DNA of 64,000 nt from Eledone cirrhosa (lineage: Eukaryota), in NCBI GenBank assembly GCA_964016885.1, contig OZ024745.1, positions 91,760,001 to 91,824,000 of the forward strand, given 5' to 3'. This document shows, in pieces, positions 39,001 to 54,000 of the stretch. The stretch's first letter is position 1, and each line of letters starts with the position of its first letter. A model generated the notes under the pieces. The model had not been told where the DNA came from. It was given only the letters and a program-made list of their open reading frames with translations, and made no database searches. Made by a program: the position numbers and the translations under genes.

Positions 39001-42000
39001 GAGTATCAAACGGCTCCACTAGATACAGTAAGTTATATTACTCTGCCTGAGTATCAAACAGCTCCCCTATATACAGTAAGTTATATTACTCTGCCTGAGT
39101 ATCAAACAGCTCCACTAGATACAGTAAGTTATATTACTCTGCCTGAGTATCAAGCAGCTCCACTACATACAGTAAGTTATATTACTCTGCCTGAGTATCA
39201 AACAGCTCCACTAGATACAGTAAGTTATATTACTCTGCCTGAGTATCAAACAGCTCCCCTAGATACAGTAAGTTATATTACTCTGTCTGAGTATCAAACA
39301 GCTCCACTAGATACAGTAAGTTATATTACTCTGTCTGAGTATCAAACAGCTCCACTAGATACAGTAAGTTATATTACTCTGTCTGAGTATCAAACAGCTC
39401 CACTAGATACAGTAAGTTATATTACTCTGTCTGAGTATCAAACAGCTCCACTAGATACAGTAAGTTATATTACTCTGCCTGAGTATCAAACAGCTCCACT
39501 AGATACAGTAAGTTATATTACTCTGCCTGAGTATCAAACAGCTCCACTAGATACAGTAAGTTATATTACTCTGTCTGAGTATCAAACAGCTCCACTAGAT
39601 ACAGTAAGTTATATTACTCTGCCTGAGTATCAAACAGCTCCACTAGATACAGTAAGTTATATTACTCTGCCTGAGTATCAAACAGCTCCACTAGATACAG
39701 TAAGTTATATTACTCTGTCTGAGTATCAAACAGCTCCACTAGATACAGTAAGTTATATTACTCTGCCTGAGTATCAAACAGCTCCACTAGGTACAGTAAG
39801 TTATATTACTCTGTCTGAGTATCAAACAGCTCCCCTAGATACAGTAAGTTATATTACTCTGTCTGAGTATCAAACATCTCCCCTAGATACAGTAAGTTAT
39901 ATTACTCTGCCTGAGTATCAGACAGCTCCACTAGATACAGTAAGTTATATTACTCTGTCTGAGTATCAAACAGCTCCACTAGATACAGTAAGTTATATTA
40001 CTCTGTCTGAGTATCAAACACCTCCACTAGATACAGTAAGTTATATTACTCTGTCTGAGTATCAAACTGCTCCACAAGATACAGTAAGTTATATTACTCT
40101 GTCTGATTATCAAACAGCTCCACTACATACAGTAAGTTATATTACTCTGCCTGAGTATCAAACAGCTCCACTACATACAGTAAGTTATATTACTCTGCCT
40201 GAGTATCAAACAGCTCCACTAGATACAGTAAGTTATATTACTCTGTCTGTGTATCAAACACCTCCACTAGATACAGTAAGTTAAATTACTCTGCCTGAGT
40301 ATCAAACAGCTCCACTAGATACAGTAAGTTATATTACTCTGTCTGAGTATCAAACAGCTCCACTAGATACAGTAAGTTATATTACTCTGCCTGAGTATCA
40401 AACAGCTCCACTAGATACAGTAAGTTATATTACTCTGCCTGAGTATCAAACAGCTCCACTAGATACAGTAAGTTATATTACTCTGCCTGCGTATCAAACA
40501 GCTCCACTAGATACAGTAAGTTATATTACTCTGTCTGAGTATCAAACAGCTCCACTAGATGCAGTAAGTTATATTACTCTGCCTGAGTATCAAACAGCTC
40601 CCCTATATACAGTAAGTTATATTACTCTGCCTGAGTATCAAACAGCTCCACTAGATACAGTAAGTTATATTACTCTGCCTGAGTATGAAGCAGCTCCACT
40701 ACATACAGTAAGTTATATTACTCTGCCTGAGTATCAAACAGCTCCACTAGATACAGTAAGTTATATTACTCTGCCTGAGTATCAAACAGCTCCCTTAGAT
40801 ACAGTAAGTTATATTACTCTGCCTGAGTATCAAACAGCTCCACTAGATACAGTAAGTTATATTACTCTGTCTGAGTATCAAACAGCTCCACTAGATACAG
40901 TAAGTTATATTACTCTGCCTGAGTATCAAACAGCTCCACTAGATACAGTAAGTTATATTACTCTGCCTGAGTATCAAACAGCTCCACTAGATACAGTAAG
41001 TTATATTACTCTGTCTGAGTATCAAACAGCTCCACTAGATACAGTAAGTTATATTACTCTGCCTGAGTATCAAACAGCTCTACTACATACAGTAAGTTAT
41101 ATTACTCTGCCTGAGTATCAAACAGCTCCACTAGATACAGTAAGTTATATTACTCTGCCTGAGTATCAAACAGCTCCACTAGATACAGTAAGTTATATTA
41201 CTCTGCCTGAGTATCAAACAGCTCCACTAGATACAGTAAGTTATATTACACTGCCTGAGTATCAAACAGCTCCACTAGGTACAGTAAGTTATATTACTCT
41301 GCCTGAGTATCAAACAGTTCCACTAGATGCAGTAAGTTATATTACTCTGCCTGAGTATCAAACAACTCCACTAGATACAGTAAGTTATATTACTCTGTCT
41401 GAGTATCAAACAGCTCCACTAGATACAGTAAGTTATATTACTCTGTCTGAGTATCAAACACCTCCACTAGATACAGTAAGTTATATTACTCTGTCTGAGT
41501 ATCAAACTGCTCCACTAGATACAGTAAGTTATATTACTCTGTCTGATTATCAAACAGCTCCACTACATACAGTAAGTTATATTACTCTGCCTGAGTATCA
41601 AACAGCTCCCCTAGATACAGTAAGTTATATTACTCTGTCTGAGTATCAAACAGCTCCACTAGATACAGTAAGTTATATTACTCTGTCTGAGTATCAAACA
41701 GCTCCACTAGATACAGTAAGTTATATTACTCTGTCTGAGTATCAAACAGCTCCACTAGATACAGTAAGTTATATTACACTGCCTGAGTATCAAACAGCTC
41801 CACTAGGTACAGTAAGTTATATTACTCTGCCTGAGTATCAAACAGTTCCACTAGATGCAGTAAGTTATATTATTCTGCCTGAGTATCAAACAACTCCACT
41901 AGATACAGTAAGTTATATTACTCTGTCTGAGTATCAAACAGCTCCACTAGATACAGTAAGTTATATTACTCTGTCTGAGTATCAAACAGCTCCACTAGAT

Positions 42001-45000
42001 ACAGTAAGTTATATTACTCTGTCTGAGTATCAAACAGCTCCACTAGATACAGTAAGTTATATTACTCTGTCTGAGTATCAAACAGCTCCACTAGATACAG
42101 TAAGTTATATTACTCTGTCTGAGTATCAAACAGCTCCACTAGATACAGTAAGTTATATTACTCTGTCTGAGTATTAAACACCTCCACTAGATACAGTAAG
42201 TTATATTACTCTGTCTGAGTATCAAACTGCTCCACTAGATACAGTAAGTTATATTACTCTGTCTGATTATCAAACAGCTCCACTACATACAGTAAGTTAT
42301 ATTACTCTGCCTGAGTATCAAACAGCTCCACTACATACAGTAAGTTATATTACTCTGCCTGAGTATCAAACAGCTCCACTACATACAGTAAGTTATATTA
42401 CTCTGCCTGAGTATCAAACAGCTCCACTAGATACAGTAAGTTATATTACTCTGTCTGTGTATCAAACACCTCCACTAGATACAGTAAGTTAAATTACTCT
42501 GCCTGAGTATCAAACAGCTCCACTAGATACAGTAAGTTATATTACTCTGTCTGAGTATCAAACAGCTCCACTAGATACAGTAAGTTATATTACTCTGCCT
42601 GAGTATCAAACAGCTCCACTAGATACAGTAAGTTATATTACTCTGCCTGAGTATCAAACAGCTCCACTAGATACAGTAAGTTATATTACTCTGCCTGAGT
42701 ATCAAACAGCTCCACTAGATACAGTAAGTTATATTACTCTGTCTGAGTATCAAACAGCTCCACTAGATACAGTAAGTTATATTACTCTGCCTGAGTATCA
42801 AACAGCTCCCCTATATACAGTAAGTTATATTACTCTGCCTGAGTATCAAACAGCTCCACTAGATACAGTAAGTTATATTACTCTGCCTGAGTATCAAGCA
42901 GCTCCACTACATACAGTAAGTTATATTACTCTGCCTGAGTATCAAACAGCTCCACTAGATACAGTAAGTTATATTACTCTGCCTGAGTATCAAACAGCTC
43001 CCTTAGATACAGTAAGTTATATTACTCTGCCTGAGTATCAAACAGCTCCACTAGATACAGTAAGTTATATTACTCTGTCTGAGTATCAAACAGCTCCACT
43101 AGATACAGTAAGTTATATTACTCTGCCTGAGTATCAAACAGCTCCACTAGATACAGTAAGTTATATTACTCTGCCTGAGTATCAAACAGCTCCACTAGAT
43201 ACAGTAAGTTATATTACTCTGTCTGAGTATCAAACAGCTCCACTAGATACAGTAAGTTATATTACTCTGCCTGAGTATCAAACAGCTCTACTACATACAG
43301 TAAGTTATATTACTCTGCCTGAGTATCAAACAGCTCCACTAGATACAGTAAGTTATATTACTCTGCCTGAGTATCAAACAGCTCCACTACATACAGTAAG
43401 TTATATTACTCTGCCTGAGTATCAAACAGCTCCACTAGATACAGTAAGTTATATTACTCTGCCTGAGTATCAAACAGCTCCACTAGATACAGTAAGTTAT
43501 ATTACTCTGTCTGAGTATCAAACAGCTCCACTAGATACAGTAAGTTATATTACTCTGCCTGAGTATCAAACAGCTCCCCTATATACAGTAAGTTATATTA
43601 CTCTGCCTGAGTATCAAACAGCTCCACTAGATACAGTTAGTTATATTACTCTGCCTGAGTATCAAGCAGCTCCAATACATACAGTAAGTTATATTACTCT
43701 GCCTGAGTATCAAACAGCTCCACTAGATACAGTAAGTTATATTACTCTGCCTGAGTATCAAACAGCTCCACTAGATACAGTAAGTTATATTACTCTGTCT
43801 GAGTATCAAACAGCTCCACTAGATACAGTAAGTTATATTACTCTGCCTGAGTATCAAACAGCTCCACTAGATACAGTAAGTTATATTACTCTGCCTGAGT
43901 ATCAAACAGCTCCACTAGATACAGTAAGTTATATTACTCTGTCTGAGTATCAAACAGCTCCACTAGATACAGTAAGTTATATTACTCTGCCTGAGTATCA
44001 AACAGCTCTACTACATACAGTAAGTTATATTACTCTGCCTGAGTATCAAACAGCTCCACTAGATACAGTAAGTTATATTACTCTGCCTGAGTATCAAACA
44101 GCTCCACTACATACAGTAAGTTATATTACTCTGCCTGAGTATCAAACAGCTCCACTAGATACAGTAAGTTATATTACACTGCCTGAGTATCAAACAGCTC
44201 CACTAGGTACAGTAAGTTATATTACTCTGCCTGAGTATCAAACAGTTCCACTAGATGCAGTAAGTTATATTACTCTGCCTGAGTATCAAACAACTCCACT
44301 AGATACAGTAAGTTATATTACTCTGTCTGAGTATCAAACAGCTCCACTAGATACAGTAAGTTATATTACTCTGCCTGAGTATCAAACAGCTCCACTAGAT
44401 ACAGTAAGTTATATTACTCTGTCTGAGTATCAAACAGCTCCACTAGATACAGTAAGTTATATTACTCTGTCTGAGTATCAAACAGCTCCACTAGATACAG
44501 TAAGTTATATTACTCTGACTGAGTATCAAACAGCTCCACTAGATACAGTAAGTTATATTACTCTGCCTGAGTATTAAACAGCTCCACTAGATACGGTAAG
44601 TTAATTTACTCTGTCTGAGTATCAAATAGCTCCACTAGATACAGTAAGTTATATTACTCTGTCTGAGTATCAAACAGCTCCACTAGATACAGTAAGTTAT
44701 ATTACTCTGTCTGAGTATCAAACAGCTCCACTAGATACAGTAAGTTATGTTACTCTGTCTGAGTATCAAACAGCTCCACTACATACAGTAAGTTATATTA
44801 CTCTGCCTGAGTATCAAACAGCTCCACTAGATACAGTAAGTTATATTACCCTGTCTGAGTATCAAACAGCTCCACTAGATACAGTAAGTTATGTTACTCT
44901 GTCTGAGTATCAAACAGCTCCACTACATACAGTAAGTTATATTACTCTGCCTGAGTATCAAACAGCTCCACTAGATACAGTAAGTTAATTTACTCTGTCT

Positions 45001-48000
45001 GAGTATCAAATAGCTCCACTAGATACAGTAAGTTATATTACTCTGCCTGAGTATCAAACAGCTCCACTAGATACAGTAAGTTATATTACTCTGTCTGAGT
45101 ATCAAACAGCTCCACTAGATACAGTAAGTTATATTACTCTGCCTGAGTATCAAACAGCTCCACTAGATACAGTAAGTTATATTACTCTGCCTGAGTATCA
45201 AACGGCTCCACTAGATACAGTAAGTTATATTACTCTGTCTGAATATCAAACAGCTCCACTACATACAGTAAGTTATATTACTCTGCCTGAGTATCAAACG
45301 GCTCCACTAGATACAGTAAGTTATATTACTCTGCCTGAGTATCAAACAGCTCCCCTATATACAGTAAGTTATATTACTCTGCCTGAGTATCAAACAGCTC
45401 CACTAGATACAGTAAGTTATATTACTCTGCCTGAGTATCAAGCAGCTCCACTACATACAGTAAGTTATATTACTCTGCCTGAGTATCAAACAGCTCCACT
45501 AGATACAGTAAGTTATATTACTCTGCCTGAGTATCAAACAGCTCCCCTAGATACAGTAAGTTATATTACTCTGTCTGAGTATCAAACAGCTCCACTAGAT
45601 ACAGTAAGTTATATTACTCTGTCTGAGTATCAAACAGCTCCACTAGATACAGTAAGTTATATTACTCTGCCTGAGTATCAAACAGCTCCACTAGATACAG
45701 TAAGTTATATTACTCTGCCTGAGTATCAAACAGCTCCACTAGATACAGTAAGTTATATTACTCTGTCTGAGTATCAAACAGCTCCACTAGATACAGTAAG
45801 TTATATTACTCTGCCTGAGTATCAAACAGCTCCGCTAGATACAGTAAGTTATATTACTCTGCCTGAGTATCAAACAGCTCCACTAGATACAGTAAGTTAT
45901 ATTACTCAGTCTGAGTATCAAACAGCTCCACTAGATACAGTAAGTTAAATTACTCTGCCTGAGTATCAAACAGCTCCACTAGGTACAGTAAGTTATATTA
46001 CTCTGTCTGAGTATCAAACAGCTCCCCTAGATACAGTAAGTTATATTACTCTGTCTGAGTATCAAACATCTCCCCTAGATACAGTAAGTTATATTACTCT
46101 GCCTGAGTATCAGACAGCTCCACTAGATACAGTAAGTTATATTACTCTGTCTGAGTATCAAACAGCTCCACTAGATACAGTAAGTTATATTACTCTGTCT
46201 GAGTATCAAACAGCTCCACTAGATACAGTAAGTTATGTTACTCTGTCTGAGTATCAAACAGCTCCACCACATACAGTAAGTTATATTACTCTGTCTGAGT
46301 ATCAAACAGCTCCACTAGATACAGTAAGTTATGTTACTCTGTCTGAGTATCAAACAGCTCCACTACATACAGTAAGTTATATTACTCTGCCTGAGTATCA
46401 AACAGCTCCACTAGATACAGTAAGTTAATTTACTCTGTCTGAGTATCAAATAGCTCCACTAGATACAGTAAGTTATATTACTCTGACTGAGTGTCAAACA
46501 GCTCCACTAGATACAGTAAGTTATATTACTCTGCCTGAGTATCAAACAGCTCCACTAGATACAGTAAGTTAATTTACTCTGTCTGAGTATCAAATAGCTC
46601 CACTAGATACAGTAAGTTATATTACTCTGTGTGAGTATCAAACAGCTCCACTAGATACAGTAAGTTATATTACCCTGTCTGAGTATCAAACAGCTCCACT
46701 AGATACAGTAAGTTATGTTACTCCGTCTGAGTATCAAACAGCTCCACTACATACAGTAAGTTATATTACTCTGCCTGAGTATCAAACAGCTCCACTAGAT
46801 ACAGTAAGTTATATTACTCTGTCTGAGTATCAAACAGCTCCACTAGATACAGTAAGTTATATTACTCTGCCTGAGTATCAAACAGCTCCACTAGATACAG
46901 TAAGTTATATTACTCTGCCTGAGTATCAAACAGCTCCACTAGATACAGTAAGTTATATTACTCTGCCTGAGTATCAAACAGCTCCACTAGATACAGTAAG
47001 TTATATTACTCTGTCTGAGTATCAAACAGCTCCACTAGATACAGTAAGTTATATTACTCTGCCTGAGTATCAAACAGCTCTCCTATATACAGTAAGTTAT
47101 ATTACTCTGCCTGAGTATCAAACAGCTCCACTAGATACAGTAAGTTATATTACTCTGCCTGAGTATCAAGCAGCTCCACTACATACAGTAAGTTATATTA
47201 CTCTGCCTGAGTATCAAACAGCTCCACTAGATACAGTAAGTTATATTACTCTGCCTGAGTATCAAACAGCTCCCCTAGATACAGTAAGTTATATTACTCT
47301 GTCTGAGTATCAAACAGCTCCACTAGATACAGTAAGTTATATTACTCTGCCTGAGTATCAAACAGCTCCACTAGATACAGTAAGTTATGTTACTCTGTCT
47401 GAGTATCAAACAGCTCCACTACATACAGTAAGTTATATTACTCTGCCTGAGTATCAAACAGCTCCACTAGATACAGTAAGTTATATTACTCTGCCTGAGT
47501 ATCAAACAACTCCACTAGATACAGTAAGTTATATTACTCTGCCTGAGTATCAAACAGCTCCACTAGATACAGTAAGTTATATTACTCTGCCTGAGTATCA
47601 AACAGCTCCACTAGGTACAGTAAGTTATATTACTCTGCCTGAGTATCAAACAGTTCCACTAGATGCAGTAAGTTATATTACTCTGCCTGAGTATCAAACA
47701 ACTCCACTAGATACAGTAAGTTATATTACTCTGCCTGAGTATCAAACAGCTCCACTAGATACAGTAAGTTATATTACTCTGCCTGAGTATCAAACAGCTC
47801 CACTAGATACAGTAAGTTATATTACTCTGTCTGAGTATCAAACAGCTCCACTAGATACAGTAAGTTATATTACTCTGTCTGAGTATCAAACAGCTCCACT
47901 AGATACAGTAAGTTATATTACTCTGACTGAGTATCAAACAGCTCCACTAGATACAGTAAGTTATATTACTCTGCCTGAGTATCAAACAGCTCCACTAGAT

Positions 48001-51000
48001 ACAGTAAGTTATATTACTCTGTCTGAGTATCAAACAGCTCCACTAGATACAGTAAGTTATATTACTCTGTCTGAGTATCAAACAGCTCCTTTAGATACAG
48101 TAAGTTATATTACTCTGCCTGAGTATCAAATAGCTCCACTAGATACAGTAAGTTATATTACTCTGCCTGAGTATCAAACAGCTCCACTAGATACAGTAAG
48201 TTATATTACTCTGCCTGAGTATCAAACAGCTCCACTACATACAGTAAGTTATAATACTCTGCCTGAGTATCAAACAGCTCCACTAGATACAGTAAGTTAT
48301 ATTACTCTGCCTGAGTATCAAACAGCTCCACTAGATACAGTAAGTTATATTACTCTGTCTGAGTATCAAACAGCTCCACTAGATACAGTAAGTTATATTA
48401 CTCTGCCTGAGTATCAAACAGCTCCCCTATATACAGTAAGTTATATTACTCTGTCTGAGTATCAAACAGCTCCACTAGATACAGTTAGTTATATTACTCT
48501 GCCTGAGTATCAAGCAGCTCCAATACATACAGTAAGTTATATTACTCTGCCTGAGTATCAAACAGCTCCACTAGATACAGTAAGTTATATTACTCTGCCT
48601 GAGTATCAAACAGCTCCACTAGATACAGTAAGTTATATTACTCTGTCTGAGTATCAAACAGCTCCACTAGATACAGTAAGTTATATTACTCTGCCTGAGT
48701 ATCAAACAGCTCCACTAGATACAGTAAGTTACATTACTCTGCCTGAGTATCAAACAGCTCCACTAGATACAGTAAGTTATATTACTCTGTCTGAGTATCA
48801 AACAGCTCCACTAGATACAGTAAGTTATATTACTCTGCCTGAGTATCAAACAGCTCTACTACATACAGTAAGTTATATTACTCTGCCTGAGTATCAAACA
48901 GCTCCACTAGATACAGTAAGTTATATTACTCTGCCTGAGTATCAAACAGCTCCACTACATACAGTAAGTTATATTACTCTGCCTGAGTATCAAACAGCTC
49001 CACTAGATACAGTAAGTTATATTACACTGCCTGAGTATCAAACAGCTCCACTAGGTACAGTAAGTTATATTACTCTGCCTGAGTATCAAACAGTTCCACT
49101 AGATGCAGTAAGTTATATTACTCTGCCTGAGTATCAAACAACTCCACTAGATACAGTAAGTTATATTACTCTGTCTGAGTATCAAACAGCTCCACTAGAT
49201 ACAGTAAGTTATATTACTCTGCCTGAGTATCAAACAGCTCCACTAGATACAGTAAGTTATATTACTCTGTCTGAGTATCAAACAGCTCCACTAGATACAG
49301 TAAGTTATATTACTCTGTCTGAGTATCAAACAGCTCCACTAGATACAGTAAGTTATATTACTCTGACTGAGTATCAAACAGCTCCACTAGATACAGTAAG
49401 TTATATTACTCTGCCTGAGTATTAAACAGCTCCACTAGATACGGTAAGTTAATTTACTCTGTCTGAGTATCAAATAGCTCCACTAGATACAGTAAGTTAT
49501 ATTACTCTGTCTGAGTATCAAACAGCTCCACTAGATACAGTAAGTTATATTACTCTGTCTGAGTATCAAACAGCTCCACTAGATACAGTAAGTTATGTTA
49601 CTCTGTCTGAGTATCAAACAGCTCCACTACATACAGTAAGTTATATTACTCTGCCTGAGTATCAAACAGCTCCACTAGATACAGTAAGTTATATTACCCT
49701 GTCTGAGTATCAAACAGCTCCACTAGATACAGTAAGTTATGTTACTCTGTCTGAGTATCAAACAGCTCCACTACATACAGTAAGTTATATTACTCTGCCT
49801 GAGTATCAAACAGCTCCACTAGATACAGTAAGTTAATTTACTCTGTCTGAGTATCAAATAGCTCCACTAGATACAGTAAGTTATATTACTCTGCCTGAGT
49901 ATCAAACAGCTCCACTAGATACAGTAAGTTATATTACTCTGTCTGAGTATCAAACAGCTCCACTAGATACAGTAAGTTATATTACTCTGCCTGAGTATCA
50001 AACAGCTCCACTAGATACAGTAAGTTATATTACTCTGCCTGAGTATCAAACGGCTCCACTAGATACAGTAAGTTATATTACTCTGTCTGAATATCAAACA
50101 GCTCCACTACATACAGTAAGTTATATTACTCTGCCTGAGTATCAAACGGCTCCACTAGATACAGTAAGTTATATTACTCTGCCTGAGTATCAAACAGCTC
50201 CCCTATATACAGTAAGTTATATTACTCTGCCTGAGTATCAAACAGCTCCACTAGATACAGTAAGTTATATTACTCTGCCTGAGTATCAAGCAGCTCCACT
50301 ACATACAGTAAGTTATATTACTCTGCCTGAGTATCAAACAGCTCCACTAGATACAGTAAGTTATATTACTCTGCCTGAGTATCAAACAGCTCCCCTAGAT
50401 ACAGTAAGTTATATTACTCTGTCTGAGTATCAAACAGCTCCACTAGATACAGTAAGTTATATTACTCTGTCTGAGTATCAAACAGCTCCACTAGATACAG
50501 TAAGTTATATTACTCTGTCTGAGTATCAAACAGCTCCACTAGATACAGTAAGTTATATTACTCTGTCTGAGTATCAAACAGCTCCACTAGATACAGTAAG
50601 TTATATTACTCTGCCTGAGTATCAAACAGCTCCACTAGATACAGTAAGTTATATTACTCTGCCTGAGTATCAAACAGCTCCACTAGATACAGTAAGTTAT
50701 ATTACTCTGTCTGAGTATCAAACAGCTCCACTAGATACAGTAAGTTATATTACTCTGCCTGAGTATCAAACAGCTCCACTAGATACAGTAAGTTATATTA
50801 CTCTGCCTGAGTATCAAACAGCTCCACTAGATACAGTAAGTTATATTACTCTGTCTGAGTATCAAACAGCTCCACTAGATACAGTAAGTTATATTACTCT
50901 GCCTGAGTATCAAACAGCTCCACTAGATACAGTAAGTTATATTACTCTGCCTGAGTATCAAACGGCTCCACTAGATACAGTAAGTTATATTACTCTGTCT

Positions 51001-54000
51001 GAATATCAAACAGCTCCACTACATACAGTAAGTTATATTACTCTGCCTGAGTATCAAACGGCTCCACTAGATACAGTAAGTTATATTACTCTGCCTGAGT
51101 ATCAAACAGCTCCCCTATATACAGTAAGTTATATTACTCTGCCTGAGTATCAAACAGCTCCACTAGATACAGTAAGTTATATTACTCTGCCTGAGTATCA
51201 AGCAGCTCCACTACATACAGTAAGTTATATTACTCTGCCTGAGTATCAAACAGCTCCACTAGATACAGTAAGTTATATTACTCTGCCTGAGTATCAAACA
51301 GCTCCCCTAGATACAGTAAGTTATATTACTCTGTCTGAGTATCAAACAGCTCCACTAGATACAGTAAGTTATATTACTCTGTCTGAGTATCAAACAGCTC
51401 CACTAGATACAGTAAGTTATATTACTCTGTCTGAGTATCAAACAGCTCCACTAGATACAGTAAGTTATATTACTCTGTCTGAGTATCAAACAGCTCCACT
51501 AGATACAGTAAGTTATATTACTCTGCCTGAGTATCAAACAGCTCCACTAGATACAGTAAGTTATATTACTCTGCCTGAGTATCAAACAGCTCCACTAGAT
51601 ACAGTAAGTTATATTACTCTGTCTGAGTATCAAACAGCTCCACTAGATACAGTAAGTTATATTACTCTGCCTGAGTATCAAACAGCTCCACTAGATACAG
51701 TAAGTTATATTACTCTGCCTGAGTATCAAACAGCTCCACTAGATACAGTAAGTTATATTACTCTGTCTGAGTATCAAACAGCTCCACTAGATACAGTAAG
51801 TTATATTACTCTGCCTGAGTATCAAACAGCTCCACTACATACAGTAAGTTATATTACTCTGCCTGAGTATCAAACAGCTCCACTAGATACAGTAAGTTAA
51901 TTTACTCTGTCTGAGTATCAAATAGCTCCACTAGATACAGTAAGTTATATTACTCTGCCTGAGTATCAAACAGCTCCACTAGATACAGTAAGTTATATTA
52001 CTCTGTCTGAGTATCAAACAGCTCCACTAGATACAGTAAGTTATATTACTCTGCCTGAGTATCAAACAGCTCCACTAGATACAGTAAGTTAATTTACTCT
52101 GTCTGAGTATCAAATAGCTCCACTAGATACAGTAAGTTATATTACTCTGTGTGAGTATCAAACAGCTCCACTAGATACAGTAAGTTATATTACCCTGTCT
52201 GAGTATCAAACAGCTCCACTAGATACAGTAAGTTATGTTACTCCGTCTGAGTATCAAACAGCTCCACTAGATACAGTAAGTTAATTTACTCTGTCTGAGT
52301 ATCAAATAGCTCCACTAGATACAGTAAGTTATATTACTCTGACTGAGTGTCAAACAGCTCCACTAGATACAGTAAGTTATATTACTCTGCCTGAGTATCA
52401 AACAGCTCCACTAGATACAGTAAGTTAATTTACTCTGTCTGAGTATCAAATAGCTCCACTAGATACAGTAAGTTATATTACTCTGTGTGAGTATCAAACA
52501 GCTCCACTAGATACAGTAAGTTATATTACCCTGTCTGAGTATCAAACAGCTCCACTAGATACAGTAAGTTATGTTACTCCGTCTGAGTATCAAACAGCTC
52601 CACTACATACAGTAAGTTATATTACTCTGCCTGAGTATCAAACAGCTCCACTAGATACAGTAAGTTATATTACTCTGTCTGAGTATCAAACAGCTCCACT
52701 AGATACAGTAAGTTATATTACTCTGCCTGAGTATCAAACAGCTCCACTAGATACAGTAAGTTATATTACTCTGCCTGAGTATCAAACAGCTCCACTAGAT
52801 ACAGTAAGTTATATTACTCTGCCTGAGTATCAAACAGCTCCACTAGATACAGTAAGTTATATTACTCTGTCTGAGTATCAAACAGCTCCACTAGATACAG
52901 TAAGTTATATTACTCTGCCTGAGTATCAAACAGCTCTCCTATATACAGTAAGTTATATTACTCTGCCTGAGTATCAAACAGCTCCACTAGATACAGTAAG
53001 TTATATTACTCTGCCTGAGTATCAAGCAGCTCCACTACATACAGTAAGTTATATTACTCTGCCTGAGTATCAAACAGCTCCACTAGATACAGTAAGTTAT
53101 ATTACTCTGCCTGAGTATCAAACAGCTCCCCTAGATACAGTAAGTTATATTACTCTGTCTGAGTATCAAACAGCTCCACTAGATACAGTAAGTTATATTA
53201 CTCTGCCTGAGTATCAAACAGCTCCACTAGATACAGTAAGTTATGTTACTCTGTCTGAGTATCAAACAGCTCCACTACATACAGTAAGTTATATTACTCT
53301 GCCTGAGTATCAAACAGCTCCACTAGATACAGTAAGTTATATTACTCTGCCTGAGTATCAAACAACTCCACTAGATACAGTAAGTTATATTACTCTGCCT
53401 GAGTATCAAACAGCTCCACTAGATACAGTAAGTTATATTACTCTGCCTGAGTATCAAACAGCTCCACTAGGTACAGTAAGTTATATTACTCTGCCTGAGT
53501 ATCAAACAGTTCCACTAGATGCAGTAAGTTATATTACTCTGCCTGAGTATCAAACAACTCCACTAGATACAGTAAGTTATATTACTCTGCCTGAGTATCA
53601 AACAGCTCCACTAGATACAGTAAGTTATATTACTCTGCCTGAGTATCAAACAGCTCCACTAGATACAGTAAGTTATATTACTCTGTCTGAGTATCAAACA
53701 GCTCCACTAGATACAGTAAGTTATATTACTCTGTCTGAGTATCAAACAGCTCCACTAGATACAGTAAGTTATATTACTCTGACTGAGTATCAAACAGCTC
53801 CACTAGATACAGTAAGTTATATTACTCTGCCTGAGTATCAAACAGCTCCACTAGATACAGTAAGTTATATTACTCTGTCTGAGTATCAAACAGCTCCACT
53901 AGATACAGTAAGTTATATTACTCTGTCTGAGTATCAAACAGCTCCTTTAGATACAGTAAGTTATATTACTCTGCCTGAGTATCAAATAGCTCCACTAGAT

